DNA of 64,000 bases from an uncultured Actinomycetota bacterium (GTDB taxonomy: Bacteria > Actinomycetota > Thermoleophilia > Solirubrobacterales > Solirubrobacteraceae). Positions 1 to 7,688 of this stretch are shown in pieces. The stretch spans positions 401,938-465,937 of the forward strand of contig CAWDUK010000004.1 in the NCBI GenBank assembly GCA_963805565.1. The letters run 5' to 3'. The translations under genes were made by a program, and so were the position numbers. The first letter of the stretch is position 1. Each line of letters begins with the position of its first letter. The notes beneath the pieces are model-generated. The model saw only the letters and a program-made list of their open reading frames with translations, had not been told where the DNA came from and searched no databases.

Positions 1-1075
1 GCAGCTCGAGCACCAGCTCGGCGGCAAGCCGGGGATCTCTGCGCTCGGCAACCCGGCGAATCGCTGGCGCAAGCCATGCCCGTGGCGGTGCCCGCTCGAT
101 CAGAGGCGGCGGCACATAGGGCGTGCTGGCTGGGACCGCTGGCTCGGGGGCGGGCTCTGCCGCGGGCTCCGCGGCAACGGGAGCAGCAGACGACTCCGCC
201 GCAGGCCGCCCCGGCTCGGCCTCGCTCTCCTGCAGCTCGCCGACAGCGACCACGCGCGCCCGCAGACGTTGGATCGCGGCGGCAAGAGCCTCGGCCATCT
301 GCTCGCTGCTCGCCTCCGCCTGAGCGGACGGGGCCACAGCAGCCGGCGGCGCAACGATGCCTGCCAGCTCCTCGGGAGAGGCAGGCTGCTCCGCCCAGGC
401 CAGGGGGCCCGGCGTCAAAGACGCGTCTGCCTCAGCAGTCGGCCCGCCAGCTTCGGCGAGCGCCCGCAGGCGCCCGGCGATCTGCCGCAGATCGCCGACC
501 AGCGGCTGCACCGCGGCCTGGGCCGCCTTGAGCGCCTCCAACTCGCTCTCGGCCGCCAGCCGGGCTGCGCGCTCGCGCGCCAGGTCCTCCTGGACCTCCT
601 CGACGCGACGCTCGAGCGCATCGACGCGCCCCCTGATCTCAAGCTCCGCGCGCGCCAACTGCTGCTCGCGCTGGGCCAAGCGCTCAGAGACAGCGCTGAG
701 GTCACGCTCGCGGTCGCTCAGACGCTCTGAGACGGTGTGCAGCTCGCGCTCCCGGTCGGCAAGCCGGGTTGAGATCGTTCGCAGCTGCAGCTCGCCCTCG
801 CTCAGGCGCTGCGATGCGCGAGTGAGCTCCTGCTCGCGCTCGGCAAGCCGCTGCGATGTCTCCCTGGATGCCTGCTCAGCTTCCTGCAGGCGCGCCTGGA
901 TGCCCGCGAGCCGCTCTTGCAGCGCATGGGCCGTCGCCTCGGCGGTCTCGGCGCGCCGGATCAGGATCGGATCGCCGACGGGCTCCCCGCGCCGCGCACG
1001 CCTTTCGGCCAGCACGTCGCGTTCTGGATCGTGAGGAGGCAGCCCGCTCGGGGTGTCGTCTTCCTGCGCGTTCAC
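1..1075 (-). CDS. Coiled-coil protein, N-terminal 358 codons (gene continues past the left window edge)
   Basis: It is absent from the ORF track because it runs off the edge. The reverse strand is stop-free from GTG 1075 (in-frame TGA at 1084-1082 just upstream) down to position 2. Third codon positions are G/C-rich. The product VNAQEDDTPSG...LQERLAGIQARLQEAEQASRETSQRLAEREQEL... is E/R/L/A-rich. The + strand ORFs listed here are S/R/C-rich and look like its antisense shadows. Confidence 0.55.
   Translation of the reverse strand, partial: MNAQEDDTPSGLPPHDPERDVLAERRARRGEPVGDPILIRRAETAEATAHALQERLAGIQARLQEAEQASRETSQRLAEREQELTRASQRLSEGELQLRTISTRLADRERELHTVSERLSDRERDLSAVSERLAQREQQLARAELEIRGRVDALERRVEEVQEDLARERAARLAAESELEALKAAQAAVQPLVGDLRQIAGRLRALAEAGGPTAEADASLTPGPLAWAEQPASPEELAGIVAPPAAVAPSAQAEASSEQMAEALAAAIQRLRARVVAVGELQESEAEPGRPAAESSAAPVAAEPAAEPAPEPAVPASTPYVPPPLIERAPPRAWLAPAIRRVAERRDPRLAAELVLEL
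647..856 (-). repeat. Five tandem 42-bp (14-aa) repeats inside the coiled-coil gene
   Basis: Residues 74-143 read SQRLAEREQELTRA / SQRLSEGELQLRTI / STRLADRERELHTV / SERLSDRERDLSAV / SERLAQREQQLARA, with an exact 14-residue period (S-x-R-L-x-x-x-E-x-x-L). The DNA units are degenerate but alignable. Confidence 0.6.
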
Positions 1076-1119
1076 GTCCGATCAGCCTACGAGGCCGCTC
1101 GGACGCGAGCCCAGAAGGT

Positions 1120-2385
1120 TTATGAGCGGTTGCGCAGCCGCCAAGCCATCCGCGACTGCAGCGAGAAGAGCTCGATGAAGCCCGGCGAGGCGGTCTGCGA
1201 GAACAGCCCGCCGGACTCCGAGAAGCTCGCCAGGCTCGCGTCATAGACGGCGTTGGGCGAGGAGCGCGTGACGACGCGAACGCTGCCCTTGTAGAGCTTC
1301 AGGCCAATCGTGCCGGTGACCTGCTCATTGACGGCGTTCATGTAGGCATCGAGGTCGCTGCGCAGCGGCTCCCACCACAGCCCAGCGTAGACGAGGTAGG
1401 CCCATTGCTCGTCGAGCGCCAGCTTGAAGCGGTTCTGGTGGATGGTGCCCACGAGCCGCTCGAGCTCTTTGTGCGCGGGCAGGATGATCGCGGCGGCCGG
1501 CACCTCGTAGATGTCGCGCACCTTCAGGCCCACGATCCGATCCTCGATGTGATCGACGATGCCTACACCGTGGCGCTGGCCGATCGCCGCTGCGGCTTCA
1601 AGCAGCTCCACGAGCCCCATGCGCTTTCCGTCCAGCGCCACCGGGACGCCGCGCTCGAACGCCACGCTGACGGTCTGCGACTCATCCGGCGCCTTCTCAG
1701 GCGGAGTCACGAGCTGGAAGACATCCTCCTCCGGCGCATGATCGAGATCCTCGATCCAGCGGCCCTCGGAGGAGCGCCCCCAGAGGTTGTCGTCGATCGA
1801 GTAGGGCGCGACCTCTGTCCCGCCCTTGACCGGGATGCCGTGCTCACGGGCGTATGCGATCTCCTCCTCGCGGCCCATCTGCCACGAGCGCACCGGCGCG
1901 ATCACCTTCAGCTCCGGCGCAAGCGTCGCGATCGTAGCCTCGATGCGGACCTGGTCGTTGCCCTTGCCGGTGCAGCCGTGGGCGATCGTGTCGCAGCCGC
2001 TGCGCCTGGCGCAGTCGACGGCGAGCTTGGCGATCAGCGGCCGGCCGAGCGCGGTGAAGAGCGGATAGCTGTCGCCGTAGAGCGCGTTGGCCTTGATCGC
2101 GGGCGTCAGGAAGTCGTTCGCGAACTCCTCGCGGGCATCGACGGTGTGGCATTGGAGTGCGCCCAGATCGCGTGCCTTGCCTTCGATCACCGCGTAGTCC
2201 TCGCCCGGCTGGCCGAGGTTGACCGTGAGCGTGACGACCTCGGCTCCGTAGCGTTCCTGAATCCACTTCAACATCACGCTCGTGTCCAGGCCGCCCGAGT
2301 AGAGCAGCAGCACGCGCCCGACCTGCTCGGGGTCGGCCTCATAGCTTGCGGTCGGGCGTGGCAGGGCGTCGGACTGGGGGCTCAT
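1120..2385 (-). CDS. argG: Argininosuccinate synthase
   Basis: ORF 1120-2562 trimmed to ATG 2385, which has AAGGA about 10 nt upstream. The product is MSPQSD...VLLLYSGGLDTSVMLKWIQ..., with the SGGLDTS ATP-pyrophosphatase motif and a typical full length (421 aa). Confidence 0.95.
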   Translation of the reverse strand: MSPQSDALPRPTASYEADPEQVGRVLLLYSGGLDTSVMLKWIQERYGAEVVTLTVNLGQPGEDYAVIEGKARDLGALQCHTVDAREEFANDFLTPAIKANALYGDSYPLFTALGRPLIAKLAVDCARRSGCDTIAHGCTGKGNDQVRIEATIATLAPELKVIAPVRSWQMGREEEIAYAREHGIPVKGGTEVAPYSIDDNLWGRSSEGRWIEDLDHAPEEDVFQLVTPPEKAPDESQTVSVAFERGVPVALDGKRMGLVELLEAAAAIGQRHGVGIVDHIEDRIVGLKVRDIYEVPAAAIILPAHKELERLVGTIHQNRFKLALDEQWAYLVYAGLWWEPLRSDLDAYMNAVNEQVTGTIGLKLYKGSVRVVTRSSPNAVYDASLASFSESGGLFSQTASPGFIELFSLQSRMAWRLRNRS

Positions 2386-2580
2386 ATGAATCGATCCTTG
2401 ATCGCAGGAGGAGTCTGCTTGGGCGCGGCAGCTGCCGGCACCTGGAGGCGAGGGAAGGCTAGCGCGAGATCTGTGCGCTCGCAGGCGCGGCGGGCGCAGG
2501 CGAGTCGTGCAACATCTCTTGATCGGGGTCCAACCTGTTGGGCCAGCCCCAGCTTGCGCCATTCAGTGGCGGGGAAAACA

Positions 2581-3453
2581 ATGTATGTTCCGCTTGGGAT
2601 GCTGGCTTTGACCATCGGCCTGACAGTAATTGCCGCCATCAGCGTCTTTCGGGTTGAGCATCTCATCGCATCCGACGTCTGGCTCTTTGTCGGCGGTGAA
2701 CGCTGGCAGACCGCTTTGACCGCTTTGCGTGGCGATGAGCTGCGGGATCCAGACCGCATGTGGGCCTGCTACCAGTGCGCGGGCGGCGGCAAACTCCCCT
2801 TCCTTTTCTTTGGCATCAGATCTCACCGACTGCTCGCCTGGTCTCGCCACGCTGCATCTCGGCCATGGCGATCAGCCGCCTTGAAGGCGTGTCGCTGGGC
2901 ATGGCGCTACTTCTATTTCGCGCCGGCCATGAGCACGCTCGTGATGGTTCTTTCGTTCGTGCCGAGCCGGATGTCGTCAGTCGGCAGGTATGATCTGCTT
3001 GTCATCGCGACGAGCACCGCAATTGGCTTGGTAGCCATCGCGGCTGAGGGCACACTGGCAGCCATCATGCTTGACTCCTGGGCGGTCAAGTATCATCGCT
3101 TTGCACCAGACGGCCCGCGGAAGAACCGGGTGAAGGAGCTGGCGGTTGTCCTCGGGTGCCTTGCATTCGCGCTGTATGCCGCATCGTCATTGGTAGCGCT
3201 TGTGGCGATGCGGTTTCACGGTTATACAAGCTTCCCTCACACGGATGCAGTGCTAACCAGGTTGCGGGCTGTGGTGCAGATCGCAATCCCTGGCATATTG
3301 TCGAACGCTTGGGGTGATGTGGCCAACCTGGCGGGGCTTCTTGCCAGCTCGCTCATCGGGTTTCTATATCTTTCTTATCTCGTCATCTTGATGATGATTG
3401 GCGGCCCGATGCTGTGGAATCCTCCTCTCTCCGCGGAAGACAAATCGGTCTAG
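2581..3453 (+). CDS. Polytopic membrane protein of unknown function
   Basis: ATG 2581 lies inside ORF 1405-3453; the upstream part of that ORF is antisense to argG. The product is about 290 aa with roughly six hydrophobic helices. G+C is visibly lower than in neighbouring genes. I recognised no family. An in-frame GTG at 2566 is an alternative start. Confidence 0.6.
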   Translation: MYVPLGMLALTIGLTVIAAISVFRVEHLIASDVWLFVGGERWQTALTALRGDELRDPDRMWACYQCAGGGKLPFLFFGIRSHRLLAWSRHAASRPWRSAALKACRWAWRYFYFAPAMSTLVMVLSFVPSRMSSVGRYDLLVIATSTAIGLVAIAAEGTLAAIMLDSWAVKYHRFAPDGPRKNRVKELAVVLGCLAFALYAASSLVALVAMRFHGYTSFPHTDAVLTRLRAVVQIAIPGILSNAWGDVANLAGLLASSLIGFLYLSYLVILMMIGGPMLWNPPLSAEDKSV

Positions 3454-3528
3454 CACTCATAACATCGCCTGCGCGGAAGAGCGCGACGCTTACCCAGTCG
3501 GTCTTCTCCATCGCCGCGGAGCCCCGCG

Positions 3529-4104
3529 CTAAGCGTCCTGCTCCTGAGAGCCCACGAGCAGGACGGCCAATCGTTCATGCTGCGCGCAGGTGGGGCCGAG
3601 CAGTCGCTCGATCCAGCCAAGCACCGTCTGGGCATCCACATTGGTTCCCCACCTGACGATCTCTTCGATGTCCACCCAGTCCTTGGGGCGGTCGAAGACA
3701 GCCTTGCAAACGATCAGGTGCTCTGGTGCGAGGATCGGTATCTCCGCTGGGCCGAACCTGACTCGCCGCGCCCGGCCGGCCATGTCCCGATGCAGCTCCA
3801 GCGTTGCGAAGAACAGATCCAGATAGGAGCCGTCGTAGGGGAGCCTCGCCTGTCCATCGCGGGCAATGGACAAACGGATCTCGTCTGAGACGATGACCCC
3901 CAGGTGTTCGAGGGCGCCGAGCAGTGGGGCGGCATCCTCCGGCGCAACTGTCACGTTCAGATCGATGTCCGTTGTGGCTCTCGGGCTGCGATACCAGGCA
4001 AGCGCGATCGCACCGCCGAACTGATGCGGCACACGCAGCGAGTCCAGCATCTCGTGCACCGCCAGGATCTTCGATACGAGGCCATCAAGCGGCCGATCAC
4101 TCAT
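3529..4104 (-). CDS. Small nucleotidyltransferase-fold protein (AbiEii/MenT-like or DUF2204-like)
   Basis: 191 aa. It carries the G[GS]-x(9-13)-DxD signature FGGAIALAWYRSPRATTDIDLNV (3961-4017) and a C-terminal LAPEHLIVCKAVFDRPKDWVDIEEI. Its ATG overlaps the stop of the upstream gene (ATGA, 4101-4104). Confidence 0.7.
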   Translation of the reverse strand: MSDRPLDGLVSKILAVHEMLDSLRVPHQFGGAIALAWYRSPRATTDIDLNVTVAPEDAAPLLGALEHLGVIVSDEIRLSIARDGQARLPYDGSYLDLFFATLELHRDMAGRARRVRFGPAEIPILAPEHLIVCKAVFDRPKDWVDIEEIVRWGTNVDAQTVLGWIERLLGPTCAQHERLAVLLVGSQEQDA

Positions 4105-4580
4105 CGATGCCGCTCTGCGACGGCAGACTCGCGACCAGACCGAGACGTCGTGCCGACCAGGTGGCTGAGCACGGGGAAGGCCAGCGGCTCCGCGGCTCTG
4201 GGCGGCTGGCTTGCAGCGATGGCGTCGGCAAAGTCAAGCAGCTGACTCAGCGCATCTCCCGGGTCCACCCGCATCTGCGTTTCCGCGGGCTTCGCAGTGA
4301 GCTTTGCCATCCGCCGCGACGCGGCGACGAACGCCGCGTCGGCCTGTGTGGGGCCAGTCGCACCAGACAATCGCGGGTCAATCTGAGCACCGGCGCGTCT
4401 GCCGGAATCGAGCACCGGGCCCGACCGGAAGGGCCGGGTCGCCCTTGTTGCTGCGGTAGCCAGCACAGCGGCATCGAGCACGTGGAAGCTCGCAAGCGTC
4501 CGCGCCCTTGGACCTTGCGCCGTTTGGTGTGACTCGCGGATCTCGAAGCGACCGTCTTTACGTGCGACGACGTATGCCAT
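4101..4580 (-). CDS. Hypothetical protein, upstream partner of the nucleotidyltransferase (antitoxin-like position)
   Basis: ATG 4580 gives MAYVVARKDGRFEIRESHQTAQGPRARTL... (159 aa); the ORF-track start at 4631 is less likely. It is translationally coupled to the NTase gene. I recognised no family. The N-terminal K/R-DG-R-F-E-I-R pattern is reminiscent of integrase arm-type (AP2-like) DNA-binding modules. Confidence 0.55.
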   Translation of the reverse strand: MAYVVARKDGRFEIRESHQTAQGPRARTLASFHVLDAAVLATAATRATRPFRSGPVLDSGRRAGAQIDPRLSGATGPTQADAAFVAASRRMAKLTAKPAETQMRVDPGDALSQLLDFADAIAASQPPRAAEPLAFPVLSHLVGTTSRSGRESAVAERHR

Positions 4581-4582
4581 GA

Positions 4583-4612
4583 CCACTACGTTACCACTAC
4601 CTTGCCCACTAC
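4583..4612 (-). promoter_or_regulatory. Three phased direct repeats GTAGTGG (CCACTAC on + strand) immediately upstream of the partner gene
   Basis: CCACTAC occurs at 4583-4589, 4594-4600 and 4606-4612, with 11- and 12-bp spacing (about one helical turn). The array ends 2 nt from ATG 4580. There is no Shine-Dalgarno sequence. A TAACGT -10-like hexamer lies between repeats 1 and 2. Confidence 0.35.
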
Positions 4613-4663
4613 AGCTCGTGTGCAGATCCACGAGTGGCCTTGCTACTTCCAGACCACCTCTGA

Positions 4664-7030
4664 CTACGCGTGCGCCGGAATCGGCGCGGCTGACAGCTCT
4701 GCGACCGCCTCTGCCGCCACCGCCTCGCCCAGGAAGGGCCCCTGGGCGACCGTGCAGCCCATCGCCTGCAGCTCGTCGAGCTGCTCCTCGCTCTGCACGC
4801 CCTTGGCCACGACCGCCAACGAGAGCTCTCGTCCGACCATCAGGATCGCCTCGAAGAGCCAGTTGCGGTACTCGGGGTCGTCGGAGGCCGCCAGCGCGCT
4901 GCGCTCGACGCGCAGACAGTCGATCGGCAGCTTGCGCAGGTCGGAGTGGTAGGCGTAGCCGCCGTCGCCGAAGTCGTCGATCGCCAGATGCACGCCCAGG
5001 CGCTTGATCTCCGCAAGCCGCTCGGCGGCCTCTGCGACATCTCTCATGACAGCGCTCTCTGCCACCTCCAGCGTGAGCAGGTCCGGCTGCACCCCTGATT
5101 GCTGAAGCGCACGGCGGACATCGGTGATCAGGCCCTCGCGGTGCAGCTGCTCAGCCCCCACCTTCACGCTCACTCCGACGCGCGTACCCTGCACTTCCCA
5201 GGCTGCAGCACGCCCGCACGCCTGCTCGAGCGTGAAGCGGTCGACCGGCACGATCAGCCCGCAGTCCTCTGCCAGCTGCAGCAGCTCCTCTGCTGCGATC
5301 AGACCTCGCTCGGGATGCTCCCAAGAGGGCTTTGCCTCAAAGCCGGTGACGCTGTGAGTCTCCAGATCGTAGATCGGCGCGTAGAGGAGCTTGAGAGCAC
5401 CCTCCTGCACCGCCGCGCTGAGGTCCGCTTCCAGGCCGCCGCGACCCTCCACCACCGAGCGGGCGCTCGAGTCGAAGACCTTGTATCGGCCCTTTCCATC
5501 AGCCTTCGCGCTCTGCAGCGCCGCGCCGGCGTCCCGCAGCAGATCCTCCGCGGACTCATAGCGGCCGAAGGCGACGCCAATGCTGGCCGTCATCGAGAAG
5601 GTCGGCCCGAAGCCCTCGATCTCAAGCGGCCCGTGCAACGCCTCCAGCACACGCTGTGCGAGCGCATCCAGCCGCAGGCTGCGGGCCGTGCATTCCACCA
5701 GCACAGCGAACTGGTCGTCGCCCAGGCGCCCAACGGTGTCCTCGGCGCGCATCACGCCCTCAAGGCGCTGCGCGACGATCTTCAGCAACTGGTCGCCTGC
5801 CTCGCGGCCGAGCTTGTCGTTGACGTCTTTGAACCAATCTATGTCGATCAGCAGCACGCCCGCCAGCAGGCCCGACTGCCTGCCGGCGCGCGCGAGCACA
5901 AGCGAGGCGCGGTCCAGCGTGAGCGCGCGGTTGGGCAGGCCGGTGAGCGCGTCGTAGAGCGGCTCCACGGCCTCGGTGGGTGGCTCTGGCGCAGGCAAGA
6001 CGGGCGCTGCGACGGGCTCCTGGCCTGGACTTCTGCCGACTAGCAGAGCCAGAAGGCCGAGCAGCAGGCCGATCAAGATCCCGGCAGCCAGCACCCAGAT
6101 GCGGCCGCTGGCCAGCAGAGGCGCCGTTGCCGGCGGCCCATAGCTTGTGAGGGTCCAGCCGCCAGCCAGGCTTGAGACCGTGCTCTGGGCGCCAGAGAGC
6201 GCGGCGCCGGCGGAGACGATGTCAGCCGGGCTTGGTCCGTAGCGCAGCGCCACGGCGTAGCCCGGGTGGCCGATCAGCGCCTGCTGTGCCAGCACGGTAG
6301 GGCTTACGACCTGCCTCACCCAGCCGACGAATTCAGCGTTGCGCACCTTCACGCTTGCGGGTATCGCAAGGCTGCGGTAGACAGGCGTCTGAGTTTCCAC
6401 GGTCGGGGCCGGGCCCCCGTGCGCTCTAACGATCGTTGCTCCACTGCCCCGAGAGCCCAACAGTCGCTTCTCGCGGGCGCAATAGTCCAGCCCGGCGGGC
6501 GCGGGCACGCCACGGCGCGCGACTTCCGCGGCTGTCAGGCAGTATTCGGGCCGCGCGCCTGCGGGCGTGAGCTGAAGCGTGGTTGCACGTCCTGCGCTTG
6601 AGCGCCCAGCAAATGAGCGGATCTGAGCACGTTTGACCACGGTCAACACGGCGATCCGCTGTAGCGCCGGATACCCAGGCATGACGCGAGCCCATTGGGC
6701 CCAGGCGATGAGCTGCGCCGGCGTGACCTTCGAGTTGCCGGCCAGGAATGTGCTGGCGGCGGTGGTGAGGTCTTCCTGGTGCTGGAGGGCGTTGCTCAGG
6801 CTCGATGCGATTGCCGCGGAGCCCTGACGGACGCTGCTGCGCTCATCGCTCGCCTGTCGAGTCGCGAGCGTGTGCGCAACCAGCAGCGAGCCCGCGACGC
6901 CTGCAAACAGGCAGAGCAGCGCCAGCAATGCACGCCCGACGGTGATGGGTCCCGGCTTCGACGCCACCACGGCGGCTGCCTCGGCGGGCGACTCGGAAGA
7001 TGCGTCGGGCGTGGGGGTCTCGGTTTCCAT
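4664..7030 (-). CDS. CHASE-like sensor / GGDEF / EAL membrane protein (both catalytic motifs degenerate)
   Basis: 788 aa with architecture TM, ~270-aa periplasmic region, TM, GGDEF domain (LTGLPNRAL...), EAL domain. The RAED I-site is followed by GDDQF instead of GG(D/E)EF (5708-5749). The EAL motifs read EAK (5330-5338), DDFGDG and AKGVQ (4793-4807). Confidence 0.9.
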   Translation of the reverse strand: METETPTPDASSESPAEAAAVVASKPGPITVGRALLALLCLFAGVAGSLLVAHTLATRQASDERSSVRQGSAAIASSLSNALQHQEDLTTAASTFLAGNSKVTPAQLIAWAQWARVMPGYPALQRIAVLTVVKRAQIRSFAGRSSAGRATTLQLTPAGARPEYCLTAAEVARRGVPAPAGLDYCAREKRLLGSRGSGATIVRAHGGPAPTVETQTPVYRSLAIPASVKVRNAEFVGWVRQVVSPTVLAQQALIGHPGYAVALRYGPSPADIVSAGAALSGAQSTVSSLAGGWTLTSYGPPATAPLLASGRIWVLAAGILIGLLLGLLALLVGRSPGQEPVAAPVLPAPEPPTEAVEPLYDALTGLPNRALTLDRASLVLARAGRQSGLLAGVLLIDIDWFKDVNDKLGREAGDQLLKIVAQRLEGVMRAEDTVGRLGDDQFAVLVECTARSLRLDALAQRVLEALHGPLEIEGFGPTFSMTASIGVAFGRYESAEDLLRDAGAALQSAKADGKGRYKVFDSSARSVVEGRGGLEADLSAAVQEGALKLLYAPIYDLETHSVTGFEAKPSWEHPERGLIAAEELLQLAEDCGLIVPVDRFTLEQACGRAAAWEVQGTRVGVSVKVGAEQLHREGLITDVRRALQQSGVQPDLLTLEVAESAVMRDVAEAAERLAEIKRLGVHLAIDDFGDGGYAYHSDLRKLPIDCLRVERSALAASDDPEYRNWLFEAILMVGRELSLAVVAKGVQSEEQLDELQAMGCTVAQGPFLGEAVAAEAVAELSAAPIPAHA

Positions 7031-7214
7031 CGCGATATCGCGTCCCTACAATCACTGCGTTGCGACGCCTGATCGGGTGCGAGCAAGGGCATCTGTGCTC
7101 CAGGACCCTCTGCCTGGACGAATTGACTGGATATGGGAAACGCTGCAACGCTTGCTGCAAGGCACCACAGTCCGGCGGCCAGCCGCAACCCACCACCCAC
7201 CAAGAGGAGCCCAG

Positions 7215-7688
7215 ATGAGCCAAGCAAGTCCGGTGAGGACCAGACATCACCTGGCGAAGGTGCTGCATCCCACGCCCGGCGCGCTGCGCGAGGCGATGGG
7301 CGAGGTAGAAGGCGTCAATGCCAAGATCGCCGTGCTGATTACGAGCCTCGTCGGCACCATGTGGTGTGCCTACCTGTTCACCGCCATCGCGCTCATCGGC
7401 CTGCCGACGGCGCTCAAACCGGGCGGTGAGGGAATCGTCTCCTGGATCGCGCAGACGTTCCTGCAGCTTGTGCTGCTGTCCGTGATCATGGTCGGGCAGA
7501 ACGTCCAGAGCGCCGCCGCGGATGCGCGCTCGGTGAAGACCTTCGATGACGCCGAGAAGATCCTCGACCGGCTCGACATCCACACGCAGGGCGGTCTGAA
7601 GGCAATACTTGACCGACTGGAGGAGATGGCGCCCAGCAGCGGGGGGTCTGGCGGATCGCCAGATCTACCCGCCGGCAGGGCGGATTGA
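7215..7688 (+). CDS. Two-TM membrane protein, DUF1003 / low-affinity iron permease-like
   Basis: ATG 7215 has GAGGAG 6-11 nt upstream; the ORF-track start at 6870 would overlap the divergent gene. 157 aa with two hydrophobic helices, a ...VIMVGQNVQ... motif and a coiled C-terminus. Confidence 0.55.
   Translation: MSQASPVRTRHHLAKVLHPTPGALREAMGEVEGVNAKIAVLITSLVGTMWCAYLFTAIALIGLPTALKPGGEGIVSWIAQTFLQLVLLSVIMVGQNVQSAAADARSVKTFDDAEKILDRLDIHTQGGLKAILDRLEEMAPSSGGSGGSPDLPAGRAD

Noticed and set aside
1405-2580. The N-terminal ~390 codons of the 682-aa + strand ORF 1405-3453
   Set aside because: This part lies antisense to argG, which has unmistakable homology. The sequence is typical high-GC shadow-frame translation. 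Only the part from ATG 2581 onward is hydrophobic and membrane-protein-like.
5099-6043. Long antisense ORFs opposite confirmed genes (for example 5099-6043, 9901-11052, 12413-13759, 13483-14604, 25249-26304, 36537-37532, 46252-47202, 49513-50991, 55705-57255)
   Set aside because: All are opposite or out of frame to genes with clear homology. Their translations are R/A/G/P/H-rich low-complexity sequence, as expected from shadow frames in ~70% G+C DNA.
7031-7042. Perfect palindrome CGCGATATCGCG abutting the GGDEF-EAL start codon, as an operator
   Set aside because: It is short, CG-rich and a single occurrence. Such palindromes arise by chance in this composition, and I found no second copy.
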